Shown: positions 1 through 11,807 of the stretch, piece after piece | Numbering within the stretch: position 1 is the stretch's first letter | Layout of the letters: each line of letters starts with the position of its first letter | Assembly: GCF_006345805.1 (NCBI RefSeq) | Contig: NC_043010.1 | Span: forward strand, 48,546,001 to 48,610,000 | Origin: Octopus sinensis | Taxonomy: Eukaryota | Direction: 5' to 3' | Length of the DNA stretch: 64,000 nt | Translations under genes and position numbers: made by a program | Notes under the pieces: model-generated | Told to the model about the DNA's origin: nothing | The model's input: the letters and a program-made list of their open reading frames with translations, nothing else | Databases searched by the model: none

Positions 1-183
1 AAAGCCGAAGTCAAGCTCAGAGTAATTTGAACTCAGAACGTAGGGATGGACAAAATGCCACTAAGCATTTCGCCTGGTGTGCTAACAACTTTGCCAGCTT
101 GCTGTCTTAGATATACCTCTTCGTATTACCCCTAGACATTGTACATGAATGCGTGTAAATGTTTTGTTTCTTTTTTTTTTCAG

Positions 184-298
184 ATTACTTATGGGGGTCG
201 TATAACAGATAACTGGGATCAGAGATGTTTGAGGACCATATTGAAAACTTTTCTTCATCCTACAATTCTTGATGAAAGCTACACTTATTCACCATCGA
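184..298 (+). CDS. DNAH6: Dynein axonemal heavy chain (DNAH6-like), exon A of this window ([38 protein letters not shown])
   Basis: Polypyrimidine tract + CAG (181-183); donor GTCAGT at 299. [20 protein letters not shown] is the dynein AAA6/lid motif as in DNAH6. The gene continues upstream of the window. Confidence 0.93.
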
Positions 299-624
299 GT
301 CAGTCTTATTTTTTTCCTTTTCTAATTCTCTTTATTTAGTTGATGCTGATGCTGAATCAAATGTTAAGTAAAATATTTACCAACAAATACGAAACATTGA
401 GACTGTGAAATAGGAATCTGTTAAAATGTTAATCACAGCAAAACTGGATACTTTGCCTTTTATTACTTGTCTATACCATAGTTATGAGTTATAGTTATTA
501 TCGATGTCGGTTTTATTGTTTATAATTTCATAGTCCAAAGAAATAATTCATAAATTGCAGAAGAAATGCCACTAAACATTTTGTCTGGCATGGCAATGAT
601 TCTGCAAGCTTGTCATCACTAACA

Positions 625-760
625 CCATGATCCTCCTCCTCCTCTCCCCCCTCCACTTCCTCTCTTCCTCCCCCTCCACTTCCTGTCTTCCTCCCCCTCC
701 CCTCCCCTCCCCTCCTCTTCGTCTGCCTCTTCCCCTCCCCTCCTCCTTCTCTCACCCTCA
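625..760. repeat. C/T polypyrimidine low-complexity tract
   Basis: cctcc/cccctc runs; G-rich on the minus strand. Confidence 0.85.
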
Positions 761-964
761 TTTTGTCTTCTGGGGCCATGAGAAATGTTTCTTAATAAAG
801 ATATATGAACAAGAAAAAAAAAGAAAAGAGATTTAATTACCTATTATTAGCTAGGACCTATTAAAGTTAATCCTTCTTTTAACTCTGCACTATATATTAT
901 TCATATATATATTTATATTAGTTTGAATTACTCATGCATTGTCTTGTAGTTTTGAAATTTCAGT

Positions 965-1255
965 GATAATAATAATGAAATTATTGTATACAGTGCTCAG
1001 GTGCACCACAACTTGTCAAAAGTGCGTATTAAGCGTATGCAGTAATATACAAATATCTGAAAAGTGAACAATGTATGAGTCAGATACATACTTGCATGTG
1101 TATGGAGGGGAGAAAATCAGGTGTAGTGTTGGCGAATCTCAGGAAGCTTGGAAGTTTTGAAGGATGCAGTGCTCCGACAACTAACAACTGATGCCGGCAG
1201 TTTGTTCCATACTTCAGCAACTCTTAGCATGAAAAAACGGTGACTCTTTGCTTTG
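965..1255 (-). mobile_element. CR1/L2-like LINE 3' end remnant
   Basis: Minus strand reads FFMLRVAEVWNKLPASVVSCRSTASFKTSKLPEIRQHYT*, the typical FF..RV...WN.LP..VV...S...FK end, followed by a UTR and an (ATT)n tail. Confidence 0.7.
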
Positions 1256-1812
1256 GGAATGACATAATAGGGTGGGTGTTAGAGCCCAGAACTGGCTAGT
1301 GTTCAGCATAAAACTGGAAGAATATTTAGGTTGGATATGGCCAGTTCCAATGCTAAAGAGTTAAGAAATGAATAGTCAGACTAATGTTGATGCAGCTAAA
1401 AATGAAGCGCATTAAACAATGAAGCAATGTGGACATGTCACTGTGATTAAGCACCACCATGACTTGTCCACGAAGAATTCTTGAAAATTCCTGGATTTCT
1501 TAGATAAAACTTGTTTGGAGATTATCAATATCAGCGTTTCATGGTTTGGTTTTCATTGAGATTTTATTTTCTCATCTAAACTTCTTTGGAAATCTTTATT
1601 TTCTCTATTACATCTGAGGTAAAATAGACTTTTATTGTTTCCTACACATTTTTATAGCTGACTTAGGTTTTATTTTTATTTTTGTCTTATTTCTATATTT
1701 TTCTAGTTGCTTATACCTGAAAATTGACTGGTTATAATGTTTTATTTTTTATCTTTTACAATAATTGAAATGAAATTGTGTCTGCAAAAAATGCTAAAAT
1801 CATGTATTTTTA

Positions 1813-2004
1813 TCACAGCACATAAACAATGTCAAGCAAAAGAAGAGCAGTTATGTGGTCACTTGAATTGCTAAAAATAGCAGAGCTGTTAGAAATGTCC
1901 CTCAAACCACATTCTGCCACCTTAGAATATGTTCTAAATGTGGTACTGAGCTCCCTGATCATTGGAAAAGATAAGATATTCATAGGTGGAATCTTTTTCA
2001 TCAT
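1813..2004 (-). mobile_element. Possible decayed hAT-like transposase C-terminus
   Basis: SKVAECGLRDISN...ALLLLDIV loosely resembles the ND.AERG.K.I..F motif; weak. Confidence 0.3.
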
Positions 2005-2119
2005 AGCTCTGTTCAGTCAGAACTGATCCTGGCCAAATTAGGAACAACATAAAAACCCACTCACAACATTCACAGACACACAGACAGCCAGACTATTAGT
2101 ATCTTTATCGTTCTTTTTT

Positions 2120-2449
2120 CCTTTTATTTGTTTCAGTCATTGGATTGCAGCTATGGTGGGCACCACCTAGAACCACTAAGTAATGGGGATGTAAACACAC
2201 CAGTATTGGTTGTCAAGTGATATTGGGGGGACAAACACAGACACACAAACACACACACACACACATATATGCATATACATATATGCGATGGGCTTCTTTC
2301 AGTTTCCGTCTACCAAATCCACTCACAAGGCTTTGGTCAGCCCGAGGCTATAGTAGAAGACACTTGCCCAAGGTGCCATGCAGTGGGACTGAACCTGGCA
2401 CTATGTGGTTCGTAAGCAAGTTACTTACCACACAGCCACTCCTATGCCT
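2120..2449 (-). mobile_element. SINE family 1 copy (head GGAGTGGCTGTGTGGTAAG..., internal CA/TA microsatellite, tail ...GACTGAAACAAGTAAAAGA)
   Basis: Matches more than 15 other copies in the window; tRNA-like A/B boxes in the head. Confidence 0.85.
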
Positions 2450-2605
2450 GGGAACTTTTTGATACCCTCTTGTAACTACAGAAAACTGGAACCACCAATT
2501 TGCATGCCATAAGTTTTTAACATTTTATTTAATATCAGGGGCCTGTTAATGGGGATCTCAGTCCACATGGTAACAAGGTATGATATAATATATGTAACCT
2601 AGATA

Positions 2606-3662
2606 AAAATGAAATGATAAACGTTGCCCTTTTCAAGCTTAGCCAGGCTCATGAGCCCGGTTTCCCGGTTTCTGTGGCATATGTTTTCCCCCCAGCTGGA
2701 CGGGATGCCAGTCCATCACAGCATTACTCAAGAAACAGGAAGAGAGAGTGAGAGAAAGTTGTGGCGAAAGAGTACAACAGGGGTCGCCACTCTCCCCTGC
2801 CGGAGCCTCGTGGAGCTTTTAGGTGTTTTCACTCAATAAACACTCACAACACCTGGTCTGGGAATCAAAACCGTGATCCCTATGACCGCATGTCCGCTGC
2901 CCTAACCACTGGGCCATTGCGCCTCCACTTCAAAACAATGTGAATAGATAAGCATTACCTTTGACAGAGAAAGCGTGTGGTTTAGTGGTTAGGGTGTTTG
3001 GCTCATGATAATAAGGTCATGAGTTCAGTTCCTGGTGATGCGTTGTGTCCCTGACCAAGGCACTTTATTTCATGTTGCTCCAGTTCACTAAGCCAGCAAG
3101 AAACAGGAGAGAGAGTGAGAGAAAGTTGTGGCGAAAGAGTACAACAGGGGTCGCCACTCTCCCCTGCCGGAGCCTCGTGGAGCTTTTAGGTGTTTTCACT
3201 CAATAAACACTCACAACACCTGGTCTGGGAATCAAAACCGTGATCCCTATGACCGCATGTCCGCTGCCCTAACCACTGGGCCATTGCGCCTCCACTTCAA
3301 AACAATGTGAATAGATAAGCATTACCTTTGACAGAGAAAGCGTGTGGTTTAGTGGTTAGGGTGTTTGGCTCATGATAATAAGGTCATGAGTTCAGTTCCT
3401 GGTGATGCGTTGTGTCCCTGACCAAGGCACTTTATTTCATGTTGCTCCAGTTCACTAAGCCAGCAAGAAACAGGAAGAGAGAGTGAGAGAAAGTTGTGGC
3501 GAAAGAGTACAACAGGGGTCGCCACTCTCCCCTGCCGGAGCATCGTGGAGCTTTTAGGTGTTTCCACTCAATAAACGCACACAACGCTTGCTCTGGGAAT
3601 TGAAACCATGATCCTCCGACCGCGAGTCCACTGCCCTAACCACTGGGCCATTGCGCTTCCGC
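2606..3662 (-). mobile_element. SINE family 3 copy with 14-bp TSD (ATGTAACCTAGATA at 2592-2605 and 3663-3676), containing a ~367-bp tandem amplification
   Basis: Perfect TSD; unit starts at 2729, 3097 and 3464. Confidence 0.85.
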
Positions 3663-3877
3663 ATGTAACCTAGATAGTACATATATAAACCGAGCGAATT
3701 TAGCTATTTCTCCATAGATTTTGGGATAACAATACATTTAGCTATTTCACATTACAGAATAACCTTTCACAATAGTTATGTTATTCATATAATGATATTA
3801 TGCTGGATTTTATTTTAGTTGTGCTTGTAATGTTGTTATTAATCATTTTCTTATTTTACTTCATTTTTTATATTCAG

Positions 3878-3999
3878 GACGATATTTTGCTCCTCCATGC
3901 GACACCATTCCTGACGTCCTCCAATATATTGACACACTGCCTCATACAGATGAACCAGAAATATTTGGCATGAATGAGAATGCCAATGTAACCTTTCAT
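3878..3999 (+). CDS. DNAH6: DNAH6-like exon B (RRYFAPPCDTIPDVLQYIDTLPHTDEPEIFGMNENANVTFH)
   Basis: Acceptor tattcag|3878, donor GTAAGG at 4000. Phase 1 joins exon A. Contains the dynein LPxxDxPEIFGMxENAN motif. Not in the ORF track. Confidence 0.93.
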
Positions 4000-4155
4000 G
4001 TAAGGCATTATTCATAAACTAAAAATCTTTATTTCTATCCCATTATTTCATGGCATATCACATTTGTTCAAATTTTAAAGCATAGATTTGTAGATTAGAG
4101 TAAAAAATGTTATGTGTGAATGCACATAAATATTAATTAAGTAATGGAAGTGACA

Positions 4156-5328
4156 AGCTGGCAGAATCGTTAGTTAGAGAAGGCGGTGAGCTGGCAGAAA
4201 CGTTAGTTAGAGAAGGCGGTGAGCTGGCAGAATCGTTAGTTAGAGAAGGCGGTGAGCTGGCAGAATCGTTAGTTAGAGAAGGCGGTGAGCTGGCAGAAAC
4301 GTTAGTTAGAGAAGGCGGTGAGCTGGCAGAAACGTTAGTTAGAGAAGGCGGTGAGCTGGCAGAAACGTTAGTTAGAGAAGGCGGTGAGCTGGCAGATTCG
4401 TTAGTTAGAGAAGGCGGTGAGCTGGCAGAAACGTTAGTTAGAGAAGGCGGTGAGCTGGCAGAATCGTTAGTTAGAGAAGGCGGTGAGCTGGCAGAAACGT
4501 TAGTTAGAGAAGGCGGTGAGCTGGCAGAATCGTTAGTTAGAGAAGGCGGTGAGCTGGCAGAAACGTTAGTTAGAGAAGGCGGTGAGCTGGCAGAATCGTT
4601 AGTTAGAGAAGGCGGTGAGCTGGCAGAAACGTTAGTTAGAGAAGGCGGTGAGCTGGCAGAATCGTTAGTTAGAGAAGGCGGTGAGCTGGCAGAATCGTTA
4701 GTTAGAGAAGGCGGTGAGCTGGCAGAATCGTTAGTTAGAGAAGGCGGTGAGCTGGCAGAATCGTTAGTTAGAGAAGGCGGTGAGCTGGCAGAATTGTTAG
4801 TTAGAGAAGGCGGTGAGCTGGCAGAATCGTTAGTTAGAGAAGGCGGTGAGCTGGCAGAATCGTTAGTTAGAGAAGGCGGTGAGCTGGCAGAATCGTTAGT
4901 TAGAGAAGGCGGTGAGCTGGCAGAATCGTTAGTTAGAGAAGGCGGTGAGCTGGCAGAATCGTTAGTTAGAGAAGGCGGTGAGCTGGCAGAATCGTTAGTT
5001 AGAGAAGGCGGTGAGCTGGCAGAATCGTTAGTTAGAGAAGGCGGTGAGCTGGCAGAATCGTTAGTTAGAGAAGGCGGTGAGCTGGCAGAATCGTTAGTTA
5101 GAGAAGGCGGTGAGCTGGCAGAATCGTTAGTTAGAGAAGGCGGTGAGCTGGCAGAATCGTTAGTTAGAGAAGGCGGTGAGCTGGCAGAAACGTTAGTTAG
5201 AGAAGGCGGTGAGCTGGCAGAATCGTTAGTTAGAGAAGGCGGTGAGCTGGCAGAATCGTTAGTTAGAGAAGGCGGTGAGCTGGCAGAAACGTTAGTTAGA
5301 GAAGGCGGTGAGCTGGCAGAAACGTTAG
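4156..5328 (+). repeat. 33-bp minisatellite, 36 copies (AGCTGGCAGAA[T/A]CGTTAGTTAGAGAAGGCGGTG)
   Basis: Unit start 4156 to last unit start 5311 = 35x33; the last copy runs into a full SINE. Confidence 0.97.
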
Positions 5329-5610
5329 CACGCCGGACAAAATGCTTAGAGGTATTTTGTCTGCCATTACGTTTTGAGTTCAAATTCCATCGAGGTCGAC
5401 TTTGCCTTTCATCCTTTCGGGGTCGATAAATTAAGTACCAGTTACGCACTGGGGTAAATGTAATCGACTTAATCCCTTTGTCTTGGTCGACTTTGCCTAT
5501 CATCCTGTCGGGGTTGATAAAATAAGTACCAGTTGAACACTGGGGTTGATGTATTTGATTTACCCATTTCCCTAAAATTGCTGGCCTTGGGCCAAAATTT
5601 GAAACCAATA
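5300..5610 (+). mobile_element. SINE family 2 copy (GAAGGCGGYGAGCTGGCAGAAACGTTAGCACGCCG...GAGTTCAAATTCC...GTCGACTTTGCCTTTCATCC)
   Basis: A-box-like TGGCAGAAACG and B-box GTTCAAATTCC. Further copies near 8015, 15795, 16030, 22975, 56845, 59657, 62775 (+) and 31190-31380, 36975-37405, 44290-44470, 61040-61240 (-). Confidence 0.85.
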
Positions 5611-6074
5611 TACTATGTATAAATTGTGCTGTTGGAAATTATTCTGATGATATCCATCTCCTATTGCACATGGTTGCATTGGAACGAAATGAAACCTAGA
5701 GGCAGTGAAAAAAATTCAAGGCAACTAAGAAGGGATTGTTTTATTACTTAATCCAAAATTTTGAATATTTGTATAATATATCTTTTACCTTTTGATGGTT
5801 TTGGTCATTGGACTGTGGCCATGAAGGGGCACTGCCTTGATTGATTAGTCAAACAAATCGACCCCAGGACTTACGTTTTGTTTTGTTTTGTTTTAAAGTC
5901 TGACACTTATCGTATCGGTCTGTTTTACTGGTAAGTTACAAAGATGTAAACAAACCAACACCAGTTCTCAAACAGTAGGGGGATGGGTTGACAAGCACAG
6001 ACACAAAGTCACAAACACCTATATGTGTGTCTGTGTTTGTTTGTGTGTGTGAATGTGTGTGTATACATATATGC

Positions 6075-6111
<37 letters not shown>

Positions 6112-6159
6112 GATAAGATCGATATTTAGAATACTCATCTTATATATATATATATATCA

Positions 6160-6460
6160 CTAGTGATGGCAATGTTATGCCTCTATTCATCTTCCCACAT
6201 AGCCTTAGATTCAGCACAGTGGCCTACATCAAGTGCTTGGAGGAGGTGGTGCTATCCTGAGTGAAGAGGGTGGGTGCTGGGAGACCCTATATCTGGCAAA
6301 AGGACTCTGCACCATGCCACACAAGGAGGAGAACCCAGTCATGGCTGTCAGACAATTTCTTTGACCACATCATCCCTAACATCTGACCACCTAACAACAC
6401 AGACTGCAACTCCCTTTATTATGTGTGGGACACAGTTGAGCGACAGACTTCAGTTATGCC
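6160..6460 (+). mobile_element. Tc1/mariner superfamily (maT-like) transposase fragment, pseudogenized
   Basis: Reads SDGNVMPLFIFP...RPYIWQKDSAPCHTRRRTQSWLSDNF...I*PPNNTDCNSL-YYVWDTVERQT, with WQxDSAPxH and PPxSPDxNPLDY-type motifs and stops. Confidence 0.8.
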
Positions 6461-7569
6461 TATTCATGTCGGAACCTTTGATAGAGAGTATCGAAATTTT
6501 AACCCCTTTCACACTTATAAAATGTCAAGCCAACTTAAAAATTTGTCATTACCATTTTAGGAGAACAAACTGATAGTTTGGTGACCTACTAAAATTAACA
6601 GCTTTGCAAGTTTAACAAGAGAGGTGCAAAATTTTAGAAGTGACTTGTTAGAATATACATGTTTTTGAGGAGACATAAACAAAAATAGTAAAAATCTACT
6701 ATGCCAAAAGAACTGGTAATACATACATTGCAAGTGTTCTATGAAGAGAACATAAGATTGCTACATAATTCAACATGAATGTGAAACGATGTTAAACATT
6801 GTGTAAGCTAAATGGAGGTTTCTGTAGGAACACTAAACCATATTCACTTAGTGAGTTTACATGCGCAAGGATGAATTATGATGTTGTCATTGTCGATGTT
6901 AGATGCAGTAAGAGCTTATAGTGGCGATATTGGCAGTGGGGAATTTCATTGTGTCATAACATGGAAAAAGTGAGTAAATAGTTTCCTGGTGCAAATGTCA
7001 GCTAGATTCCCTAAATGGAGAAAAACTGATCTATTTAAGGAAATTGCTGGGCTCTTTTGTGATAGCATGTCTTAGACTCCAAGCAATGTAAAATATGGCC
7101 CAGACTGTGATTACCAGCATGAACATCAAACTTCAAAGAGTAGTTAACCATTTAATGGTTTTAGTAAATTTATACAGAAAAAGTAAGCATTATACCGTCC
7201 AGCATAAATAAAAGTTATCTTTATTATATTTTTTCTGTAAAAACCTATTCTGACATTAAATGAGTCAACTTCCTGTATGAATGTTTACATTTGTATGTCA
7301 TTTTGCAACAAAAAATATTTCTAAAAGAATTCTGGAAATGATCTACTCATGTAATTTATGCACCCCTTAAAGTTTATTTTTGATTTTGCTGTGCTATATA
7401 TACATACAGGGTGGGTTAAAAGTCATGCACAAATTAGATTCAGTTTGCTGTAGAACTGTCTAAGACATGCTTCAACTATTCTAAAATTGAATAGAATAAA
7501 TAAAATAATGATGAATACACCTGTACTTGATGAGCAAAATGAATAATGATGATGAAGATAATAATAATG

Positions 7570-7606
<37 letters not shown>

Positions 7607-8593
7607 CATAACAAATAAAATGCCAAATGTTTTGCTGTGTGACTTTTGGACCACTCTTATATCCCTATATGTAGCAGGCTTGTTCTTCAGTTTCTACGTA
7701 TCAAATCCACTCAAAAGGCTTTTTCAGCTCAGGTTTATGGTAGAAAACACTTGCCCAAAGTGGAACCAAACCTGAAACCACTTGGTTGAGAAGTGACTTT
7801 TTTAACCACACAGCCATGGTCTTTGATATATTAGAAGGAATAATTTTGGATATATTGACCAGTGTGCCAGAAAGTTGAGGTTTCTACATTGGTGGTTTTT
7901 GTCTTTTAGCAGCTGAGTCTCATTACAATGAACATGAAACAGTAATTTTTCTCTTCAATCATGGTTTAAAATTATTGTATTAAATAAAGGCGCAGGTGTG
8001 GCTGTGCAGTAAGAAGAAGGCGGCGAATTGGCAGAAACGTTAGCATTCCAGGCGAAATGCTTAGCAGTATTTCGTCTGCTATTATGTTCTGAGTTCAAAT
8101 TCTGCTGAGGTCAACTTTGCCTTTTATCCTTTCAGGGTCAATAAATTAAGTACCAATAATGCACTGGGTTCGATGTAATCGACTTAATCCCTTTGTCTGT
8201 CCTTGTTTGTCCCCTCTATGTTTAGCTTCCCAACTACATTGTTCTGGGTTCACTGTGTGACATTTTGGGCAAATGTCTTCTACTATAGCTGCAGGCCAAC
8301 AAAAGACTTGTGAGTGGATTTGGTAGACAGAAACTGAAAGAAGCCCTTCATATATATATATATGTGTGTGCATGTCTGTTTTTGTCCTCCACCATTGCAT
8401 GACACCTGATGTTGGTGTGTTTACATCTCTGTAACTTAGTGGTTTAGCAAAAGAGACCAATATAAAAAAATATATAAGTATTTGGATTGATTCAATTGAC
8501 TGAAAAATTTCTTCGAGGGGGGTGTTCCAGCATGACTGCAGTCCAAAGACTAAAACAAGTAAAAGACAGAAGACGGTAAAATTTAATAATGAT

Positions 8594-9005
8594 GTAGGCG
8601 CAGGAGTGGCTGTGTGGTAAGTAGCTTGCTAACCAACCACATCGTTCCGGGTTCAGTCCCACTGCTTGGCATCTTGGGCAAGTGTCTTCTGCTATAGCCC
8701 CGGGCCGACCAATGCCTTGTGAGTGGACTTGGTAGACGGAAACTGAAAGAAGCCTGTCGTATATATGTATATATATGTATGTATGTGTGTTTGTGTCTGT
8801 GTTTGTCCCCCTAGCATTGCTTGACAACCGATGCTGGTGTGTTTACGTCCCCGTTACTTAGCGGTTCAGCAAAAAGAGACCGATAGAATAAGTACTGGGC
8901 TTACAAAAAGAATAAGTCCCGGGGTCGAGTTGCTCGACTAAAGGTGGTGCTCCAGCATGGCCGCAGTCAAATGACTGAAACAAGTAAAAGAAAAAGAAAG
9001 AAAAA
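8594..9005 (+). mobile_element. SINE family 1, near full-length
   Basis: Complete head, microsatellite and tail. Other copies ~13998-14452, 14453-14910, 25520-25965, 32933-33500, 35686-36150, 43820-44280 (+); 14920-15515, 31385-31806, 53350-53700, 58350-58700, 59340-59525 (-). Confidence 0.88.
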
Positions 9006-9106
9006 GAAAAAAAAATGTAAAACTTGTTAGGAAGATATTAATTTGCATACAATTCGTTTATAAATATACAACAGTGTTAAAATTTGAATCCATTACCATT
9101 TTAAAG

Positions 9107-9274
9107 AGACAAGAAACATTTAATTTGGTCAGTGCTGTTCTTGCCATGCAACCAAGAGTTGCTGGAGGAGAAATGAAGTCTGGAGATTCTATTGTATTGG
9201 AGTTGATTGAAAGCATTGACAAGAAAATCATACAGAAACTTGATATTGAACAAGCCAGTAAAGCTATCTTTGAA
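9107..9274 (+). CDS. DNAH6: DNAH6-like exon C (RQETFNLV...MQPRVAGGEMKSGDSIVLEL...ASKAIFE)
   Basis: Acceptor ttttaaag|9107; 56 codons; QPR..GG..KS.D.IV.EL motif. The only frame-preserving donor is GCAAGT at 9275. Confidence 0.88.
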
Positions 9275-9726
9275 GCAAGTATTATTTAAAAGAATCACTT
9301 TATATCTTTATTTCTTGTCACATATTTTGAAATATGTATTTAAATTAATACAATTCTATATATTTCTGGAATGAGGAATTTATATTATGTCCACTATTTA
9401 CATTAGTCAAACTGGTGTCCGAACATTTTGATTGTTGCTTTCACTTACAGGTGTCTTGTGTCAAAATTGGTCATTGTATCAGAATTTCAAACCTAATCCG
9501 TTACTTGATCCTAGGTTGTATACTGTTCTCATGCTGCTCTCTGCATTTTCTGACACTTTTCACTTGGGTTGATTTTGTTGCGAATTCACCTTAGTGCTTT
9601 AACTGGGATTGAACTCAAAATCTCCAGGTGACTGCATTACATTAACCAAAACCTTTAGCCACTACACTATGTCCATAGGCAGTGACAGAGCGGATTTTTA
9701 AGGCTTGTAAACCTAATGTTTATGTA

Positions 9727-10238
9727 CCGTAAACCCTCGAGTATAGTCCACCCTTGAGTATAATATGCAAGGAATTTTAAGGGGACTGTACTTCTGAAAA
9801 ACCTAAACCTTGTGTATAATACGGACCCCTTCTCTAACTTGAGTCAAGGAGGTCTATATAACATCCTTGGTTTGTAAAAATGTATATGGTAACGTCCTTT
9901 ATTATTATTGTATATATAACATAATGCAAACGTGTAGCTTTTTTGTGCATTTTGTTTGCAGAAAATAAAGAAATAACAGTAATAACGTTTAATAAATGTT
10001 GCTTACTGCAAGTTATGGATGATTCTTTTATGACTTCATTGCTTTCAGGCTTAGCTTAAGGTATTTTCGCACCTGACATCACAAAATGCATTGGAATAAA
10101 TATTGCCGGACAGCAAACAGAGACTTGGACATTGCTTAGAAAGTATTTTGCCTTTTTTATCTTGTATATAGTACGCACTAGGGATTTTGACCATTAAATT
10201 TTGGGGAAAAAATGCGGATTATACACGAGGATTTACAG
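9727..10238 (+). mobile_element. Non-autonomous Tc1/mariner-type (pogo-like) MITE, TA TSD
   Basis: TIRs ta|CCGTAAACCCTCGAGTATA ... TATACACGAGGATTTACAG|ta; second copy inverted at 26058-26514. Confidence 0.8.
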
Positions 10239-11007
10239 TAATCTATTTATTTAAATTGTTGGCTGGATTATTGCAGATTTTTGCACACCTTTTCTTTTCT
10301 TTTTGCGGTGAGGATCAGCAAAAGCTTAGTGCGTTATTTGGTTTAATGTTATCTCTTGTCATATGAGTGCTTTTAGCAGAAGAATTCAAACAATTGTAAA
10401 CATTTGGAACTGGCTTCCAGCAGAAGGTTATCACAATCCTATCACACCAACTGCATTTTCTTGTGAATGGTATCACAAGTTTACAGAGAATGCAAGTTGG
10501 AAAACAAAATATTTTAGAGCAGAAGCCTGCCGTTTGGTAGTACAAGAGCCTAAACCTGTGGGTCATATCCCAGGAAGCTGCCCTACCAGATGGTGCATGA
10601 TCTCATATCTTTTTTTCTACCTTAGTTCATGAATAATGCTCAAAGGATCATAAGATTTTGAGGGAGCAACCCCACCCAAGGCCACTGACATTTGATTGGG
10701 CTGCTGACATGTATTGAGGCAATGGGTTATTGTGGTATTGTGCTTTCCCCTTCCCCATCCACTAATAAATCATGCCAAAACTAGTATGAACAAGTCTTAG
10801 TCAAAGTCTAACAAAGATCCGGACAATTCTCTTCTTCCTCTTCTCAAATGTTTGTGGACACCTTTCAATTCTGGTTTCCACACACCCCGTACTAACATAT
10901 CACCTTCTAAACCTGCTCTCTAGGAAATAAATCTCTCACCCTTATTTTAAAGCCCATCTCTCATAGTTAAACTAAACTGTTTAATCAGTGGTGTCTATAG
11001 CTTTATA

Positions 11008-11387
11008 GTGGAAGCACAATGGTCCAGTGGTTAGGGCAGTGGACTCGCGGTTTATGATCGCGATTTCAATTCCCAGACTGGGCATTGTGAGTGTTGAGCG
11101 AAAACACCTAAAGCTCCACAAGGATCCGGCAGGTAATTGTTGCAAATTATGCTATACTCTTTCACCATAACTTTCTCTCATTCTTTCTTCCTGTTTTCTG
11201 TTGTACCTGTATTTCAAAGAGCCAGCCTTGTCACACTCCATGTCACGCCAAATCTCCCTGAGAACTACATTAACGGTACATGTGTCTGTGGAGTGCTCAG
11301 CCACTTGCACATTAATTTCATGAGCTAGCTGTTCCGTTGATCGGATCAAATGGAACCCTCATCGTCGTAACCGATGGAGTGCCACAG
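11008..11387 (+). mobile_element. SINE family 3 copy with 10-bp TSD TAGCTTTATA
   Basis: TSD at 10998-11007 and 11388-11397; tRNA-like head GTGGAAGCACAATGGTCCAGTGGTTAGGGCAG. Confidence 0.85.
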
Positions 11388-11763
11388 TAGCTTTATAAAA
11401 GGAGTTGGAGGTCAGATTGTGCATTAGTTTTGGATGAAGAGGTGTGAATATCTGATGGGTGTCTTCCTGTCAAAATCTCACAGCCTACTTATATTTTTAC
11501 AGACTCTCTCAGGGACAGGGCGAAAATAGTCTGGATCCACCTTGGAAAATTCCTTTTGGTGTTCATGGTGGTGTCAGATTGCACTCTCACTTCCAATCAT
11601 TTTTATCACTTGGATATCAGCAACAATGGCTTCTAGTTGCTCTGACTCAGTCACTATGCCCTACACCCTTGAATACATCTGCTGAACCTACTGGTATCTG
11701 AACTCCTCTAACCAGCAACAACTCTTTCACCATATCTTTTACTACATCAAGGGTGTTCATTTC

Positions 11764-11807
<44 letters not shown>

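Noticed and set aside
4156-5328. CRISPR array
   Set aside because: The units are contiguous with no unique spacers, there are no cas genes, and the context is a eukaryotic intron.
4133-5608. 491-aa minus ORF (SASSPPSLTND)n and 211-aa plus ORF as a mucin-like protein
   Set aside because: Both are translations of the 33-bp SINE-head array; the unit is a multiple of 3 with no stop, and the flanks are SINE sequence.
9258-9280. Canonical GT donors for exon C (9258, 9279)
   Set aside because: Both are phase 1 and frameshift against the phase-0 acceptor at 12330; no good compensating acceptor exists.
10363-10632. ORF with IVNIWNWLPAE as a gene
   Set aside because: Only a short match to the CR1/L2 WN.LP end motif; at best an old LINE scrap.
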